64,000 nt of DNA from Phoronis australis (GCA_002633005.1 NMRA01000422.1:336951-400950), one strand, 5' to 3'; counted from the stretch's first letter, positions 14,203-28,260 are shown. Translations and numbers: made by a program. The notes: generated by a model not told the origin, from the sequence alone.

Positions 14203-15926
14203 ATGAGAATGCCACCCAAAACAACCTATTTTGTATCAATTTAGATCGAGTAGTTCAACTCAATAACCGCACGTTCCGTTGCATTACCTGACACCTGACG
14301 GCAGACAGAGGTGTTGAATTTATCCAATGACGTAAGTGGTTTCACAGGCAGTCTGTTCAGCGGTTCACAACATGGGTTACTGGTGTCAGCTTATCGCTTG
14401 AATTCATCGTTCAACACCAATAAATCATATAACTTCGATGTAGAACCCTTAAAGATACATCGATTTCTTATAAAAAGGTGTTGTTTTATTTCGCTGTTAC
14501 GGATTTGCTGGTATTTGGACACACCGTAGCCTATAAACTTCGGCATGCCAATTATCCAAGTTCCGTAGGAGGAGTTTGGGGGTCTGTTCGGGAAAAAATC
14601 GAAGTATTCTTCCGTGAAATACAGACAAGAGAACCTAGATCTTTGTTGTTTATACTTGTGATTTTTTAGTTCTAAACACACAAAACGCTTGTTTTCCCGG
14701 CCAGTGGATCGGAATCCGATCAGGCCGTCGCGACCGGACCGCCTCGTTATCCCGTTCATTGGGTCGGAACTCGATCAGGCCCGTCGTTGCCGCCGAGACT
14801 GTCACGAACATAAACCAAATTGACTTGGAAACTAAACCTCCAGTCACGAAAAGACTACAATAGTGAGCCAAAGAAATAATGTGCACGTAATTATTTTTGT
14901 GAATTAGCCACAAAACTGAAAATGTACTTACTTGTCGAGGGCCGCGAAGTCGGGTTACCCTTCCACAGACCGTCAGAGCAAAGGTTGGACCGTAACAATG
15001 ATTTGAATAATGTATTTGTATTTCTAAATTAAGATTCCCCTAACATGTGACCATAGCATATAAAATCGAGTAATTGATTCACAACAGCTTTCGGTCGATC
15101 AGCAAACAGTCAATTAGCATGCGCTCACACGGTTTCGGTGCCCGGTGAAATACCTTTGTTGCCGGCATCAAAAACCGGCACGCAGTGCTTTATTCACTGC
15201 CGTCTTCTCTAAACATTTGCATTCACGAGCACTCCAAGGCATTACAAATTGTATGTAATGAGACAGACTTTGTTTCGGTTTCATATAAGCATTGATTAGG
15301 ATGAGAATAATTCATTTTGAAACAGAACCCAGAATAATAAACGTCTACATGGCACCTCGCCCGTCGCCAATCCCAACTTAGTTAAGAGCTCATCCGACGA
15401 AGACTTCACAGGTCGTATCGTTAGGATTCACAGGCTATCAGTTCGAACCGGAATACACTGATCAAGAAATACTAGAGAGGCGCCGTGAACATGCACAGGC
15501 AACGGAACGTATGGATATTTCTTTGGTAAGCCGGAATTCGTCAGAGAAGTCACTGTCTACGAAATGCCGGCCACAGACACGGAGATGTTTCACGGCCTCA
15601 TACTTGCTATTAACAGCGTACCTTTCATTCTTCACTACCGCGAGCCACTTCCTAAGCATTTCGGGTTCTCGAGGAAGTCGAAAAAACGATATACCCGCTT
15701 TCTTCGCAGCTTCATACATGTAGTTCGGACAAGCGGTAACGATGCACCGCAATATAGTAGCATTCCCTCTGCAGACGAACCACTGACGTCGCTGCGTCGT
15801 TTCTCAACTTCCTCACAAATTAACGCGACACCTCTCGGCAAGGTGGGGTCGACCCTATAAGAGGCGATGTGGATATAGACCGATTAAGAGGGTAAAAAGA
15901 CTAATTAAATCGGGTGGCATTGTCCT
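14203..15926. mobile_element. Kolobok-like non-autonomous DNA transposon, copy 1
   Basis: Left end TTAA|ATGAGAATGCCACCC; right end GGGTGGCATTGTCCT (15-bp imperfect TIR; the right TTAA is decayed). Colinear with 29302-31302 along most of its length. Contains a THAP ORF (-) and the start of a P2X7-ballast-like ORF (+). TTAA target sites with purine-rich termini and THAP are known Kolobok features. Confidence 0.7.
15520..15752 (-). pseudogene. THAP zinc-finger domain (N-terminus of a deleted transposase)
   Basis: C2CH signature CIVTAC...FFRLP...KW...RVCGRHF; truncated against the convergent + strand ORF fragment (ATG at 15349). Confidence 0.8.
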
Positions 15927-16297
15927 GTATCAAGTCGCAAAAATGTATTGGCTCCGTCGATGTTTCGTATGACCAGTTGCAGTATTAACGAGAATATACA
16001 GAACATCGTCCGCCATAGGATACACTCTAGCAAAATCTTCGCCTTTCACACTCAGTGACGCTTCTAATCCTCGAAGGGCTGCCAACACTGATTGTTTGCA
16101 TTCATTCGCGAATACTTAATGAACCTAGTGACAGCCAGTGATTGAGACCATCAATAGGTTATTAGTCGAACGTTGCACTGAGAACGCATCGTGTTCCAAC
16201 ACTTCATGTAGATTAGGGTTTGCGAGTATCAGCTTCTGGTGAACCGGTCCTCTATGAAAGGAGCAATTTGGGAGGACCTAGAAAAGAAATACGTCCA

Positions 16298-16745
16298 TAA
16301 TAATAATAATGTTTATTGTACATCTTAGGCTTTGCCTACTAATACATAAATACATGAATTCAAACGTATATTCAGAATATTTACACGGAGAGCAGTTTTT
16401 ACTCTTAAAGCCATAGTATTCTGGATATACAATGCGAGGTGCTGGACGCTGTAAAGATTTTTCTGTTGGAATAACCTAAGAAGAGAATAGTTAACATTGA
16501 CAAGCCCTGGAAGAAGATTTCTTCTAAGGTCTCCAAGAACAGGGCATCGACACATGAAATGAGGCTCATCTTCAATTTCATCCAGACAGCATATGCCGGA
16601 TATTCTCTCACCTCTAGGAATACCCATATGTCTACCTTTCTCTATATTAAGTGAGTGACCTGAACACCGAAATTGCGCAAGTTTTTTGTCAAATAGGCGC
16701 TTAAACAATTCACATATTGCTCGCTGACAAGATCACTCTTAAATT
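16298..16745 (-). mobile_element. 3' end of an APE-RT LINE with polyA signal and (TTA)n tail
   Basis: LAQFRCSGHSLNIEKGRH..IPRGER....CLDEIEDEPHFMCRCP (CCHC-like C-terminus); on the minus strand this is followed by AATAAA and cattattattatt. Confidence 0.8.
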
Positions 16746-19229
16746 CCTGCTCTCAAACTGCCCATGTGGTTCCAGTATCCGAAAATACTAACTACATAAA
16801 ATCTTATTTTCGACACCCTTTCGTTATATTCTTTTCGCCTTTCTTGCCAAAAGCGATTTTTTAACAGTATTTGTCACTTCTCTGTGAGCGTATAATTTAC
16901 GGCTGTCATCGGTTATTTCCGTACCCACATTTCCGGCTCATCAGTTCAGGAACTTGTTTTGAACGCCGCCATTTTTTCCTTGTGACTGAATGTGCTATGG
17001 CTTGCTCGAAAAGTCTTCATTATTTTGTTTTATTAGTAATATCTCGTGATTCGTTTGTCTGTGTAGTGTATTTATAGTTTGTAGTTAGTGGTCGTTGATT
17101 TTTTTTGGAATGTTACGCGTACTTATTATGTTAAACTAGCATTGATGTTTAGTTCCTTACGTAGGGCGGTCGAACCTAGGAACCAATACGAGTCGAACCA
17201 ATTTTTTCCGTTTTTGATTTCTTCTCGTTTTAAAAAACTGCTTTGCTACAGTGCATCCTACTCAGTAAAAATCAAAAAGTATCAAAATCGGGGCAAGCAC
17301 TGTTAAGTTATTGCAATTTTTGTGGCGAAATTTGGGTCACTTTGTTTGGATCGCGTCGGCCATATTGGAGGACAGCGGGATAAGTTACGAGTTTAAAACT
17401 TTATGTAAATTGTTTTCGCCAACAATTTACCGTGAAATTTAGTGAGACATATCTTTACTTACTATTCTGCACGATTCAACAATGTTCACCAAATTTCAGC
17501 CTCGCAGTTGTTACTCATTAAGTGATAAATGTGCTCAAAATTCACGTCTCATTTCTGGCGGCACCGACAACATTGCGACTTTTGCTGAACTGGATAGCAT
17601 GTTCAACCTGTTACTTCGTAATTTGTGAAGATTGAACGTTGATACATTTTGACAAACTTTGCTACAAAAAAAGGAACTTTATTCAATTTTCATGTTTTTG
17701 TGCAAAAATATAAGATAATAAATTCGAATTATTTTACTATGAATTTCCCATTCAGGTGATCTTACACTAAGCTAAGAAATGGTTGAAATAATTTTACAAT
17801 GGTTTTTTGTTTCACTATCAACTGCTGTTCAAGGCTTGATTAGGTGTCACAAAATGATTCATATTTTTCTAAATATTAAGTCTCAATTGCATTCAAGTCA
17901 TGTTTTGTAACTTATTGCTTCTTAATTCCGGTTATCAAGTCAACAATATGAATAATCTTAATTTGAGAAATAAGCTATTTTGTATTGTGAAGCTTCAAGC
18001 CTCCAATTCTTATTCCTTGCAACTTCATATTTTTTAATCATGCATGTCAAATTGTGGTGTAAGGAAACACTATTCGGTCACTTTCATATCGTGGAAACTT
18101 TTGCTGTTGAAAAGTGTTTGTAATGCTAAAGGTTGTAAAGTATTGTGCATTTTAAGTTACTTATTATGTTAAAAGGTTGAATCATTTTGGCTTAAGGAAT
18201 AAAAAATGATAACATATTGTATTGGACTTGTCATACTTATGTGCTCGAGCGAGCCCCTATTTGGAGAAATGGAAAAAGGTCTGCCTCAGTCAGAGAAGCA
18301 CAAACTAGAAGACAGGAAGTACCAAAATTTTGCGTCTGCAATTCATAACTCTGAACATAGGCTACCCAGTGAATCTCATAGTAAAAGATAGACATTCCCA
18401 AAAATTCCAGCCCCCCATTTTTAAGCTTGGTGCGCTCATACAAAGTCTGGGAAAATCTCTGTCGAAAGCCAACAACTTTGCACAGTTCGCCAGAAGTACC
18501 CAGGTTCTAAATAAACCTCGTTTGAGCGAGCGCTGTGGCCAGCGACCAGGTAGGCCTAAGTGTAGCCTTGGACCAAAGCTGTATGGGCCCACTAACAAGC
18601 CAGCTGTATTTTGAAGGTAGTCTTCATACTGGTAGCTGGCACTGAGGCTAGCTAAGGGCTGCCGCGGCAGTGTGACACAGGATTAACCAGCCCGTAATTT
18701 TATGCAGATGTCTGAAACTACCTTTGAATACATACATGTACGGCATTTATGATTTGAACATTTTACTTCGACAAAACAGCTTGCAACCGCATGCCTTTAC
18801 CGTTCGCGTCGGTGTTTTCTCGATCTGCACCGGGTCCAATAGGCTGCGGTCCTGAGGCCGGCAAAATAATTTCTGTCAAAATTTATTCGCCACATTTCTT
18901 CAGCAAATTCAATAAAATTGTCCGTATTTTGATTTTATTAAAATTAAGGCGCCCTGTCCATTATTTTATCCCTTTTGCAGGCTGGTAACAGGCACTCACA
19001 CTGACGGCGTTTTCTTATAGCTTGGGTTCCTGAATGAATTGTTCTTCCGGGTTCGCCCCAAGTTCAAAATGGCGATGGTTCTTCGGGTGCGAATCGTGAG
19101 TGGGGCGTTCATTTAAATATTTTTCGAGTACGGATCGTGTATCAGTTATGGGGTAGGTACTTCTTGGATCCTTATAACATCCTCTAACCATGTAATAAGG
19201 GTTAACAACGTGTAAGACCAGGACTTTAA

Positions 19230-20190
19230 TAAGACTACAAAATTCATATTTATTTGAGCTACCTATTTCCAGTTGCCATTCCTGTACGCCATAATCCAGT
19301 AATCTCTGTTTGAATACCTTAATAAACTCAACACTATTGCCTGGGCCAAATAACCACACTTCTCCATAGCTGGACATGTACCTATACAAAATTTCTTTGA
19401 CGCGGTTTTCCCTGTTACAATTACAATTTTCACTTTGTTCCCAAGCATAATTACACTTCAGTGGGTACCCATGTTCTTCCATATCCAGTAATTTTGTCCA
19501 ATAGATAATTGGTTTACACATATATTTCGTAATTAACAAATGCCTCCCACATTCACCACGAGCCATAGCATTTGGCGTTTTATTGCTCAATCTCAGAACA
19601 TATTTACAGAAATCATTATGAACTTTTTCAATAGATTCACACATTGATGTTCCCCATATTTCTGCACCATATGTTAATATGGGCATTATCATAGAGTCAA
19701 AGAGTTTAAAATGCACTCTATAGGAAATACAGTTAAGTTTTGACAGAGTGGTTTTAATAACGTTCATTGCTCTTCGAGCTTGGCTTGCAAGTACTCTACG
19801 ACACTGTCCATTTAAGTCTGCAGGAAAATGTGACTCCTAGGTACTTGTCGTACGATTTAGTATCTACTTTCTTATCGCCAAAAACCCACCTTTTATTACT
19901 TGAAAGTATGCCCCCTCGCTTAAATAACACAACATTCTTTATCTCCAAATTAACTTGCAAGTTCCAATCTCGACAAAACTTTTCGAGGACATTGAGCTTC
20001 ATCTGTAGCCCAGCAACAGTATTTGATACCAGCACTAAATCAGCAAAAAACAGAGAACCTATATCACAGCACGGAGAGACACGTATACCACTGCCTACAT
20101 TTTCTCTAATATCAGACACTAGTGTGCAAACAAACACCGAGAACGTCCACAACTGTAGATTTCTTGGTAGATCATAGTGATATTGGTCCT
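19230..20190 (-). mobile_element. LINE RT/C-terminal fragment (RTE-X/L2-like, same type as the 7.1-9.7 kb element)
   Basis: SLFFADL(V), LQMKLNVLEKFC..WNLQVN, KYLGVTF, ILTYGAEIWG, RGECGR, YWTKLL. Confidence 0.85.
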
Positions 20191-20229
20191 GACGCATTCA
20201 TTCTTCTATGAGCGCAATTTGTGGAAAAT

Positions 20230-21265
20230 ATATAAATTTCCGACCAAAAAAGTGAGTTACAATTGTCATATCTCAAACTTTGTCGTATGCTTGATTTTCT
20301 TAAGTACACTGATTTATCATGGTCCAGGATGTTTTGAGGGTAGATAACGATTTCGAAAGGACAAAGAAACGCTCGCAGCACAAACAAATTACCGGACATT
20401 TTTGATCGTGTGTATTGACGGGAGACGACCCCTGATGCAGGTTGCATAAAACAGTCCCAAATACGGACTCAACTAAGTTCCCTAAATCTACTACATATTT
20501 TGGACTTGTGGTAACACCGATTGTTCTTTCTTATGCAGTTTTAGTTTCATTACTAAATCAGATTTTGTTTTTTATACAGTTTTGGCAATTTTTTTCGATT
20601 TCATCAGTGGAAATGATTCTTTTCACATCAGTGGCTCAGTAGCGGTCATGCAAGTAGCGGCATCGAGTTTTTCATTTCCGTCTAATAATTTTATCTCTCT
20701 TTTGAAGGGTTTTAACTCCAGCATTTTCGCCATTCTTTGCACAGAAGACTTGCTCACTTGTAAATCCCTTGCGACTCTTTCAGATTCCCCGAGTTGTCCT
20801 CCTGGGTTTGACTCAGTTCCTCAACACCATCCTCGTTTTCTTTCGAACGTTCAGTCTTGGGCCTCCCACAACCGTTTTTACGCACAACAGACCCTGTGTT
20901 GTGTATTTTAGCAATAAGTCTATTTACAGTCGCACAATACCACCCTTTTCCTGGGAACTCCTTTACGGTTCTTTTTTCTCTCCATCATTTCTCGTTGAAA
21001 CAGGTTTCAATTGTAAATTGGCCACTTTTACTCAAAAGCATCCTTACAAACCGGAATATTGGACAGAACTGATTTGGATACACATCTGACAACAAAAACA
21101 GCAAGCTGGCTTTTTTGACTGACAGATACATGTACGAGTACAGCAAGAATACGATAAAAGTCACAATGATATTGCATTTTTCCCTTCGCTGTTTTAAATT
21201 TCACAGTAATTCCATAACTTTTATATTTTTTTCTGATACTGTGCAGACTTGTTAATGACACCCTG
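20230..21265 (-). mobile_element. Decayed Tc1/mariner-superfamily transposon
   Basis: Minus-strand HTH-region motifs EFPGKGW..TVNRLIAKIHNTGSVVRKNGCGRPKT..ENEDGVEEL.Q.QED...ARDLQVSKSSVQR..K.LELKPFK, then ISTDE (first catalytic D). A terminus-like 5'-CAGGGTGTCATTAAC ends at 21265. Confidence 0.65.
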
Positions 21266-21510
21266 ACGATATATTAGGAAAAAAAATAAACGAATTTGGT
21301 TGGTCAATAGATGAGAAATTACTAGTCAAAAAGTGACACTTGTTATATGCTGGACCTCATATTTAAAAAATAAACTTCGACTGGTCAAAAATTGTATAAA
21401 TCACTTCAAAAAACTTGAGATGCTATCACCATTTGTTTTTTGCCACGATGATGAAGGATTCATCATCAAACCTGAGGAATGTGACTATTCAACTGAAACG
21501 TTCATTTTAG

Positions 21511-21663
21511 GTACTACCACTTCAGCACCTGTCCTCGGCAAATACTGTGGCAGTGACCCAGACAACACAGTTCCTTCACTCTCTACTTCTAATGTTCTGC
21601 TTGTTGTGTTCGAAACTGATTCATCAGTCACGAAAAAGGGCTTCCAAGCTGTTTATAAGTCAG
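21511..21663 (+). CDS. CUBN: CUBN-like exon B: C-half of CUB14-like domain (copy 1)
   Basis: Acceptor cattttag, donor gtatag. GTTTSAPVLGKYCGSDPDNTVPSLSTSNVLLVVFETDSSVTKKGFQAVYKS; phase 1-1. Confidence 0.9.
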
Positions 21664-22895
21664 GTATAGTATTCGTTCAGAAACTTTTTACAACAGAGGT
21701 GCACTCTGTAGCACCGGTAGTCTGTAACTTAGACAAGACCATGAGTGGACAAGCAAACTCACGCAAGTAAACTGCAAGTGCTTCACGACTAAAGTACTAA
21801 CAAAAACATCGAAATGGTCACCATTGTTTCAGACTGAGTGGGACTCGTTTAAAAGGTGGTCAAGCTTTGTAATTTTGCGTGCAAATGTTTACACCCGGTA
21901 TCTAATTTTTTATGTAATAACCCCTAATTAGTATAACTGTGATGTCTAGTTAATTTGTTACATGAAATCTACCTAAGCTAGTACCCTCAGGAGGGATAAC
22001 TTAAGTCAAATCCATATTAACATTCACTAGTTCTATTTACTAACCCCAACGAGTTCGTTTGATACACACTTCGTCTATTTTCATGTGACGTTGTCGTAAC
22101 CATTACTATATATAGTAGTACCAGCAACAGAATACAGCCTATACAAATGTACATGTGCATTGTATCTGATGCATCAGTGTAAAGATTTCCGGAATTGAGG
22201 CTACCGCAAATGAGGTTATGAGGATGTGAAAAAAGGAACTACAACTCATAAATTCTACAAGTACCAAACTTTAATGTTGTCAGTATAATGTAAATGTCCA
22301 AGGAAATATGCATGATTCTGAATTGTTGAGCCGTTGAGCAGCTTCAACAGGTTCCCACTGTCGTAGCCAGAAGTATTCAACACGAGGATCAAAAGTAGGA
22401 AGTTATTGTCTGCTACCAAAATGAATTTGGGCAAAAATATGTTTAAATCACAAATTCTCAGTTATCTCTGTTTGCTTTAAATGTTTCTAATCAAAGCAGT
22501 CCTCTCATTTGCTTTCATTAAACATTACATAAGTAAATTGTTTCTGTATCATCGATTACCACGCATATGTATCTGAGACATATGAGCAATGTTATATGAT
22601 GGCCTCAGAACAAAGGTCACACGTCAAATATTCAAGCGAGAAAAACACATGCGCTAATTAGCTACACCATACCCTGAATAACTTAATTTTCAAAGACCAT
22701 TAAAAATTTACACACATTTTATGACCTTTTACGCGAGGGCAGCTGTCTCCACGTATTGTTACTGTTCGTGTAGCATGACTTAACACGGAATTGTAGGACA
22801 ACATTTTAACGTACATGTAGAAGCAAAAGTGACCTAACGTCCGTAAACATTACAAGACATGCGAATCAATGTAATTCATCTTCTATTTGATACAG

Positions 22896-23099
22896 GGCTT
22901 AAATGTGGTGGAAACCTTGTCGCCAATGCCAGAAAACAAATATTGCATTCCCCAGGTTACCCTACAAGATACTCTCACAACGCGCTATGTCGGTGGATCA
23001 TCCGTTCACCCTCCGGAAGTGTGGTTTACTTCAATGTAACAACAATCGATATTGAACGTCACAGTATCTGTGACTATGACAGCCTGTCAGTGTACGGCG
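22896..23099 (+). CDS. CUBN: CUBN-like exon C: N-half of CUB14-like domain (copy 2)
   Basis: Acceptor gatacag, donor gtaaga. GLKCGGNLVANARKQILHSPGYPTRYSHNALCRWII...ICDYDSLSVYG; phase 1-1. Confidence 0.9.
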
Positions 23100-25129
23100 G
23101 TAAGAGTGATAACGAAATACTTTACCTTATTACATTTGAAACCGGTAAGCAGGTCTGTGCAAACACATGCAACTAGTAAATTGGTGACGTCGTTTTGGCA
23201 TTCGCACACGAATGCGGAAATGTTTTTGTGTTGCCTTCGTTATGATTTCCTTCATAAAGAGTCTTAATTCGGTGAGACGGTGTTGGAAAAGTTCTCGAAA
23301 GATCCGGTAATGATACAAGAGCTCAATTGAACCTAATTCAGAAATTCAGCCTTTGATACGCCTGATTATGGACTCCATTGCGTGGGAAAATTACAATTGT
23401 TTTTAACAATGTTGTTTCTTTATATACTTTTCTTGCATGTGGAACTTTTGTTGTGGACAAGTTACCACAAAACTTAAAAAATTGTTCAAAGGCCTTCTTA
23501 AGAAAGCTCTAAAAATAATTACACACACAAACAAATCAAATGCAAACAAAGGGAATACTTTATTTTGATTGCTGCACATTTCTAGAGGTCAACAGGAAAA
23601 CGACTATTCGCAAGCGTAATCGCTAATCATTTCAGCTATATAAAGAATAAGCACAACTGCACTGTATGGGGCTTTAAAACTGAGGAAATATTGTGGTTTC
23701 AATAATTAGTGATAAACTTGCCTGTTGATGAAAAATTTATTCGATCATCAAAGTGTAACATTAACGGGCTTTCTACTGACAATAATACAATCGATGCAGT
23801 CACTGAATGTCATTTCCCCATAATGTGTACCAAATTGAAAAGATTTTACTATTAGTGTAAAGCTTTTCTTCTGAAAGGAAATGTTAATGTCTCTCAGTGA
23901 GAAAGGACAGGTATTTATACCAGATGCTTTTGGTTTTCATTTCACAGAGATCAAGTTTCAATAGCCTATATAAGCGCTTGTAAAAAAGGTCCAGTTTCGG
24001 CACGTGGCTTTTACCTGGAGGTAACCTCATTCAGCTTGAATTAGGTCCTTGAAGGTAAACACAACAGCATACCACTTTACTCGTTTTGTGCTCAAAATTT
24101 GACCCTGAACTAGACCAGAGTGTCACTACGTCTTCTTTAGCTTCAATCCAGCATGTTTCTTCCAGGAAGGGAAATAAGCTATTGTCCACACATGACTTAT
24201 TGCCTTTGAAAGGGTATCCTCACCAACGAGGCTGACTTGTGTAGCAGTAGATATAGTTCCTCTTCATACACAAACAACACGTTGTCTTATGGTAACTTCG
24301 TACTGAGATTCACATTTCACCAGGGCCACTGACATGTACATTGCGTCATGCAGCACTAATGGTGTGTGGAAATGCTGTGGGAAGAGAAAGGAGTAACAAA
24401 GCTTGTTCGTTGTCGCCGATGAAGAAAGTAGGCTTTAACAGGTCTACATGTACACTGGATGGGAAGATATTGCTGATTAGCTGCAGTCAACTGCTTAAAA
24501 TCAATTTTTGTCCATTTAGGGTCGATGCAGAAGCGATGCATATCTCCTCTGCACGGTACAAGCCCTCAAACCTAAAACCCAAAGGTCACGTGAAAACAGA
24601 CATGATAGAATTTCATTTCAACGTGTAATAAATTTCCGGAAGACAAATAGTAAACAATTAGTCTAATGGATATTTACGTACCCTTTGCCATGACATTGGG
24701 CCTGGATTGTAATCTCACTAACTCATATCGAGTTAAACATTCAGCATTCATTGATGTAACTGTCACTGATAAACCTGTTTGAAATCATTCCATACAATAA
24801 TACGGCTTTGATGTACGAAAAGATCTCGAGTATCGTAACACGCATCACAACAAAGATTAACCCGACTGGCGACTGTCGCGAAGTCGACATCGACGAGTAT
24901 CTCAGTTAACAGGCATCAGTAGAATAAACATGGAATAATCGTTAAAATAATCAAAACCTTACCTTTGTATAAGGTCGTGCTTACTTTCTCTCATAGAAGC
25001 ACCCTTTTCACGCAATCTCAGATTCAGTTTGCCTACCTACAAGCCACTTCACCATGTATTTAAAGGGCTCGCGAAATCGAGGCTGCTACTCTATCACCAC
25101 TAGTACACGCGCGCCCTCTAGTTAATGTA

Positions 25130-26760
25130 AATTTTCCGAATAGCCCCATTAGAGCATTGATGGACGACTTGACAATAACTACGGTGACGCATGTACAAGC
25201 TCGGTGGGTTTTGGCAGCACTAGATGACGTTGCAACGTAGGCTCGTATGAAGTTTAAGCCCAGGAAGTCGAGACTTCTGATAATGAGAGGTAGAAAAGTG
25301 GTCAACAGACTCACCTTGACCATTCGAGGGGAAGAAATTCCATCAACTGTTAACAACCCCATCAAGTGCCTTGGCAAATGGTACGATGATCTCCAGTGCG
25401 ACAAGAACAACATCTCGCAGATGGAGACCCAGGTGAAAGAGTGGTTGAAGAGAATAGAGACATTAAGTCAAGCGGTCTTCCTGGAAAGTACAAGGTGTGG
25501 ATTTACCAGCACGGGCTGTTACCACGTGCAACGTGGTGTCGTATGTTGTACGACATACCGATATCGGCAGTAGAGTGCCTGGAGAGAACAGTAAGCAAGT
25601 GGCTGAGAAAGCTTCACAATGATTGGTCTTTACAGCAGAACAGCAGAGCTTCAGCTGCCACTAGCGTCAATTACGGAGGAGTTTAAAGCAGGAAAGTGCA
25701 GATTGGTACTCAAATTACGCGACTCTAGAGAACCGAAGGTGAGAGAGGCAGGTGTCATGACAAGATCAGGGTGACGGTGGTCAGCAGACACGTTTGTGAG
25801 CCAGGCGGAGAGCTTTTTACAGATCAGAGATATAATTGGTTGCACCTGCGTAGGACGTCAGGGGTGGGGACATCGCGGTTCCAACAGTGGGTGAAGACGA
25901 GTGAGAGGCAGCAGAGGGAGATGGTCCAAGCTGAGGTGAGAGCAGCAGAGGAGGAAGCCCGTAAAGCCAAGGCAGTCCAACTGAGCCATCAGGGAGCATG
26001 AACCAGGTGGAATCTTCCAGAGAGGAAGATATCGTGGGCAGACGTGTGGAGGATGGAGCCGATGCGTGTTCAGTTTTTACTTCGCTCGGTTTACGACGTG
26101 TTACCATCGCCTTCGAACCTTCTTCGCCGGGGCCTAGTGGATGACCCAGCCTGCCAGTTGTCTGGAGGAAGAAGTACATTGGTCCACATGTTATCAGGGT
26201 GCAACATGGCACTTCAACAGGGCCGATACAGATGGCGTCACAACCAAGTAATGAAGACCCTTGCAGACATCATAGATGGATAGCGTAAGACAAGAGCAAC
26301 TCAGCCTAAGGCAAGCAGCCAGCACATACAATTCGTCAGGGCAGGTGAGATACGGAAGAAGTCACGTCAGCAGCCTTGCATCCTGGATGGGAAATGAGAG
26401 TACATGTAGATCTGGGAAGAAAGCTTGGGTTAACGAGTATTGCTGAAACATCACTGCGACCTGACATCATTCTGTGATCGGATATTCATCAATGTATAGT
26501 GATTTTAGAGCTTACGGTGCCTTGGGAGGAAGGATGCAAAGAGCCCACGAGAGGAAGTTATTTAAGTATACATATAGCGAGCTGGCGGAGACATGCAGAG
26601 TTCGAGGCTGTTTCCTGTAGAGGTGGGACGTAGAGGATTCCCTGCAAGATCTGTATGGTGGTTGGTGGAGAAACTCGGTGTGCGAGGTGGAAGGAAGAAA
26701 GCTGCAGTGAAAAGACTGGGTGATTTTCTTCACGAAGAATCTTATTGCGGCAGGACGGTG
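25130..26760 (+). mobile_element. 5'-truncated HERO-like (R2/NeSL group, RLE) non-LTR retrotransposon relic
   Basis: RT IRALMDDLT, MKFKPRKSR, IKCLGKWY; SGLPGKYKVW.YQHG.LPR; FLLRSVYDVLPSPSNL; CCHC-like region and GRYRWRHNQV; RLE motifs SLRPDII, ILELTVPWEE, FPVEVG.RGF. Multiple stops and frameshifts. Confidence 0.88.
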
Positions 26761-27591
26761 TTTCAAACTTTTTCCACATACACACCGAAATTATAATATG
26801 ATACGTTAATGCAAGTATTCGCCATAGCAGGGTATTGAAAATTACCAGTGAAAACAGATCAAAGACCAATGAAGAGTTTTGGCTGAATTCCATTCTGCGG
26901 GCTCCGATACATAACTCGTCTCATCACTTTCAGCTCGTTTTAAATTCGTGCCCATAGACAGCATGTGACTTCGGGAGTGCGATGAAAGCGGACTAATCCC
27001 GGACTGTAGCAGTTAATGCAGTCGCCAAAAATTTGGTCACTGAAAATGAGCAAAAACAAAAAATATACAATCGGTGCCATGGTTAGAGGCAGTGTTCAAT
27101 GTAGTTTCTTGGGCTGTGGGTTTTTGGCTCTCCTTTTAAAGCTGCCTTCACATACACGGTATTTTACGCGGAGTCTTTATGTACTGTATCACCGAATTGT
27201 CATCAGTTGGAAGCATCCGTAAATAACGTGTCGCTATACGCAACATCTCGCAGACACTTGTCAAGATCCGTAAAAGGAAAGCAATTTTGACATGTCAAAA
27301 ATTTTCTAGCATCGTCTACTGTGGTTAAATAATGCAGGGTCAGAGACGGGCGTCGTTGTGCATTTCGAAAAGTTGCTATTTGCAACAATATTCACTTCTA
27401 AAAGGCATAACATTCGCGGTTCAACGAGTCTTTTTCTTGCTCTAATCAAATTCATCGTTCGTCTTTGAATCCCACGTTTTAACTAATCAAGACTCCCAAA
27501 ATCGTAATTGCGAGTGTATTTGCAGAACCAGAAAGCTTGAATGTGTAATTTTCCTTCTCTGCAACTGTTCCTTTCTGTGGCTGGACATGCT

Positions 27592-27664
27592 CATAACTCG
27601 AGTGAACGAGTTATAAGTCCGTCTCTCGAGTTATAAGTCAGACGCTCGACTTATAAGTCGAGCA
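27592..27664. repeat. Short ~20-bp minisatellite with palindromic cores
   Basis: cgagttataagtc / cgacttataagtcgag recur three times. Confidence 0.6.
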
Positions 27665-28260
27665 CTGGGGTTACGAAAAATAGATTAGCATATCTTTTCC
27701 CAGCGACCTTAGTTTCTTGACTTGTGGCTACGATCACTCTACGACATGAGGTTCAGGCTAAAAGTCAAGGAAATTTGTCTACTGCTCTCAGGCAAAATAC
27801 ATAAATTTGGAACCTGCTCTGGAGCAGAATATAAGCCGAAGTCATAGGCAAATAATCAACTTTTGGCTTTAGGCACTTCGACAAATAGGCTTGTTCCCTG
27901 GTGGGTTACACCCCAGTAACCCGGAAATTCAGCTTGATATCTGACATTAAAACATACTGTCTTCTCAATTTAACAGGAGTTCATCGGCTGGGTATGGTTA
28001 ATTCTTCATAGGGAGCATTTCACCACAAAATAAGTTAAGACCAGAATTGCAGTACACCAGTTGTGACCCTGGACTACGTCATCCATCTCCAGATAATGTG
28101 CACTGCCCGCACAGATATAAGCGTTGTAATGTTGTGAACATTTCAGACATTGTTTTCGGTCCTGCTGTGCACGTACTTAAATAAATCATAGTGTATGATC
28201 TGTTGAATATCAAACTCTTCAAAAATAAAAAAGTACAATCTGTTGAAATTTTGATTTTAG

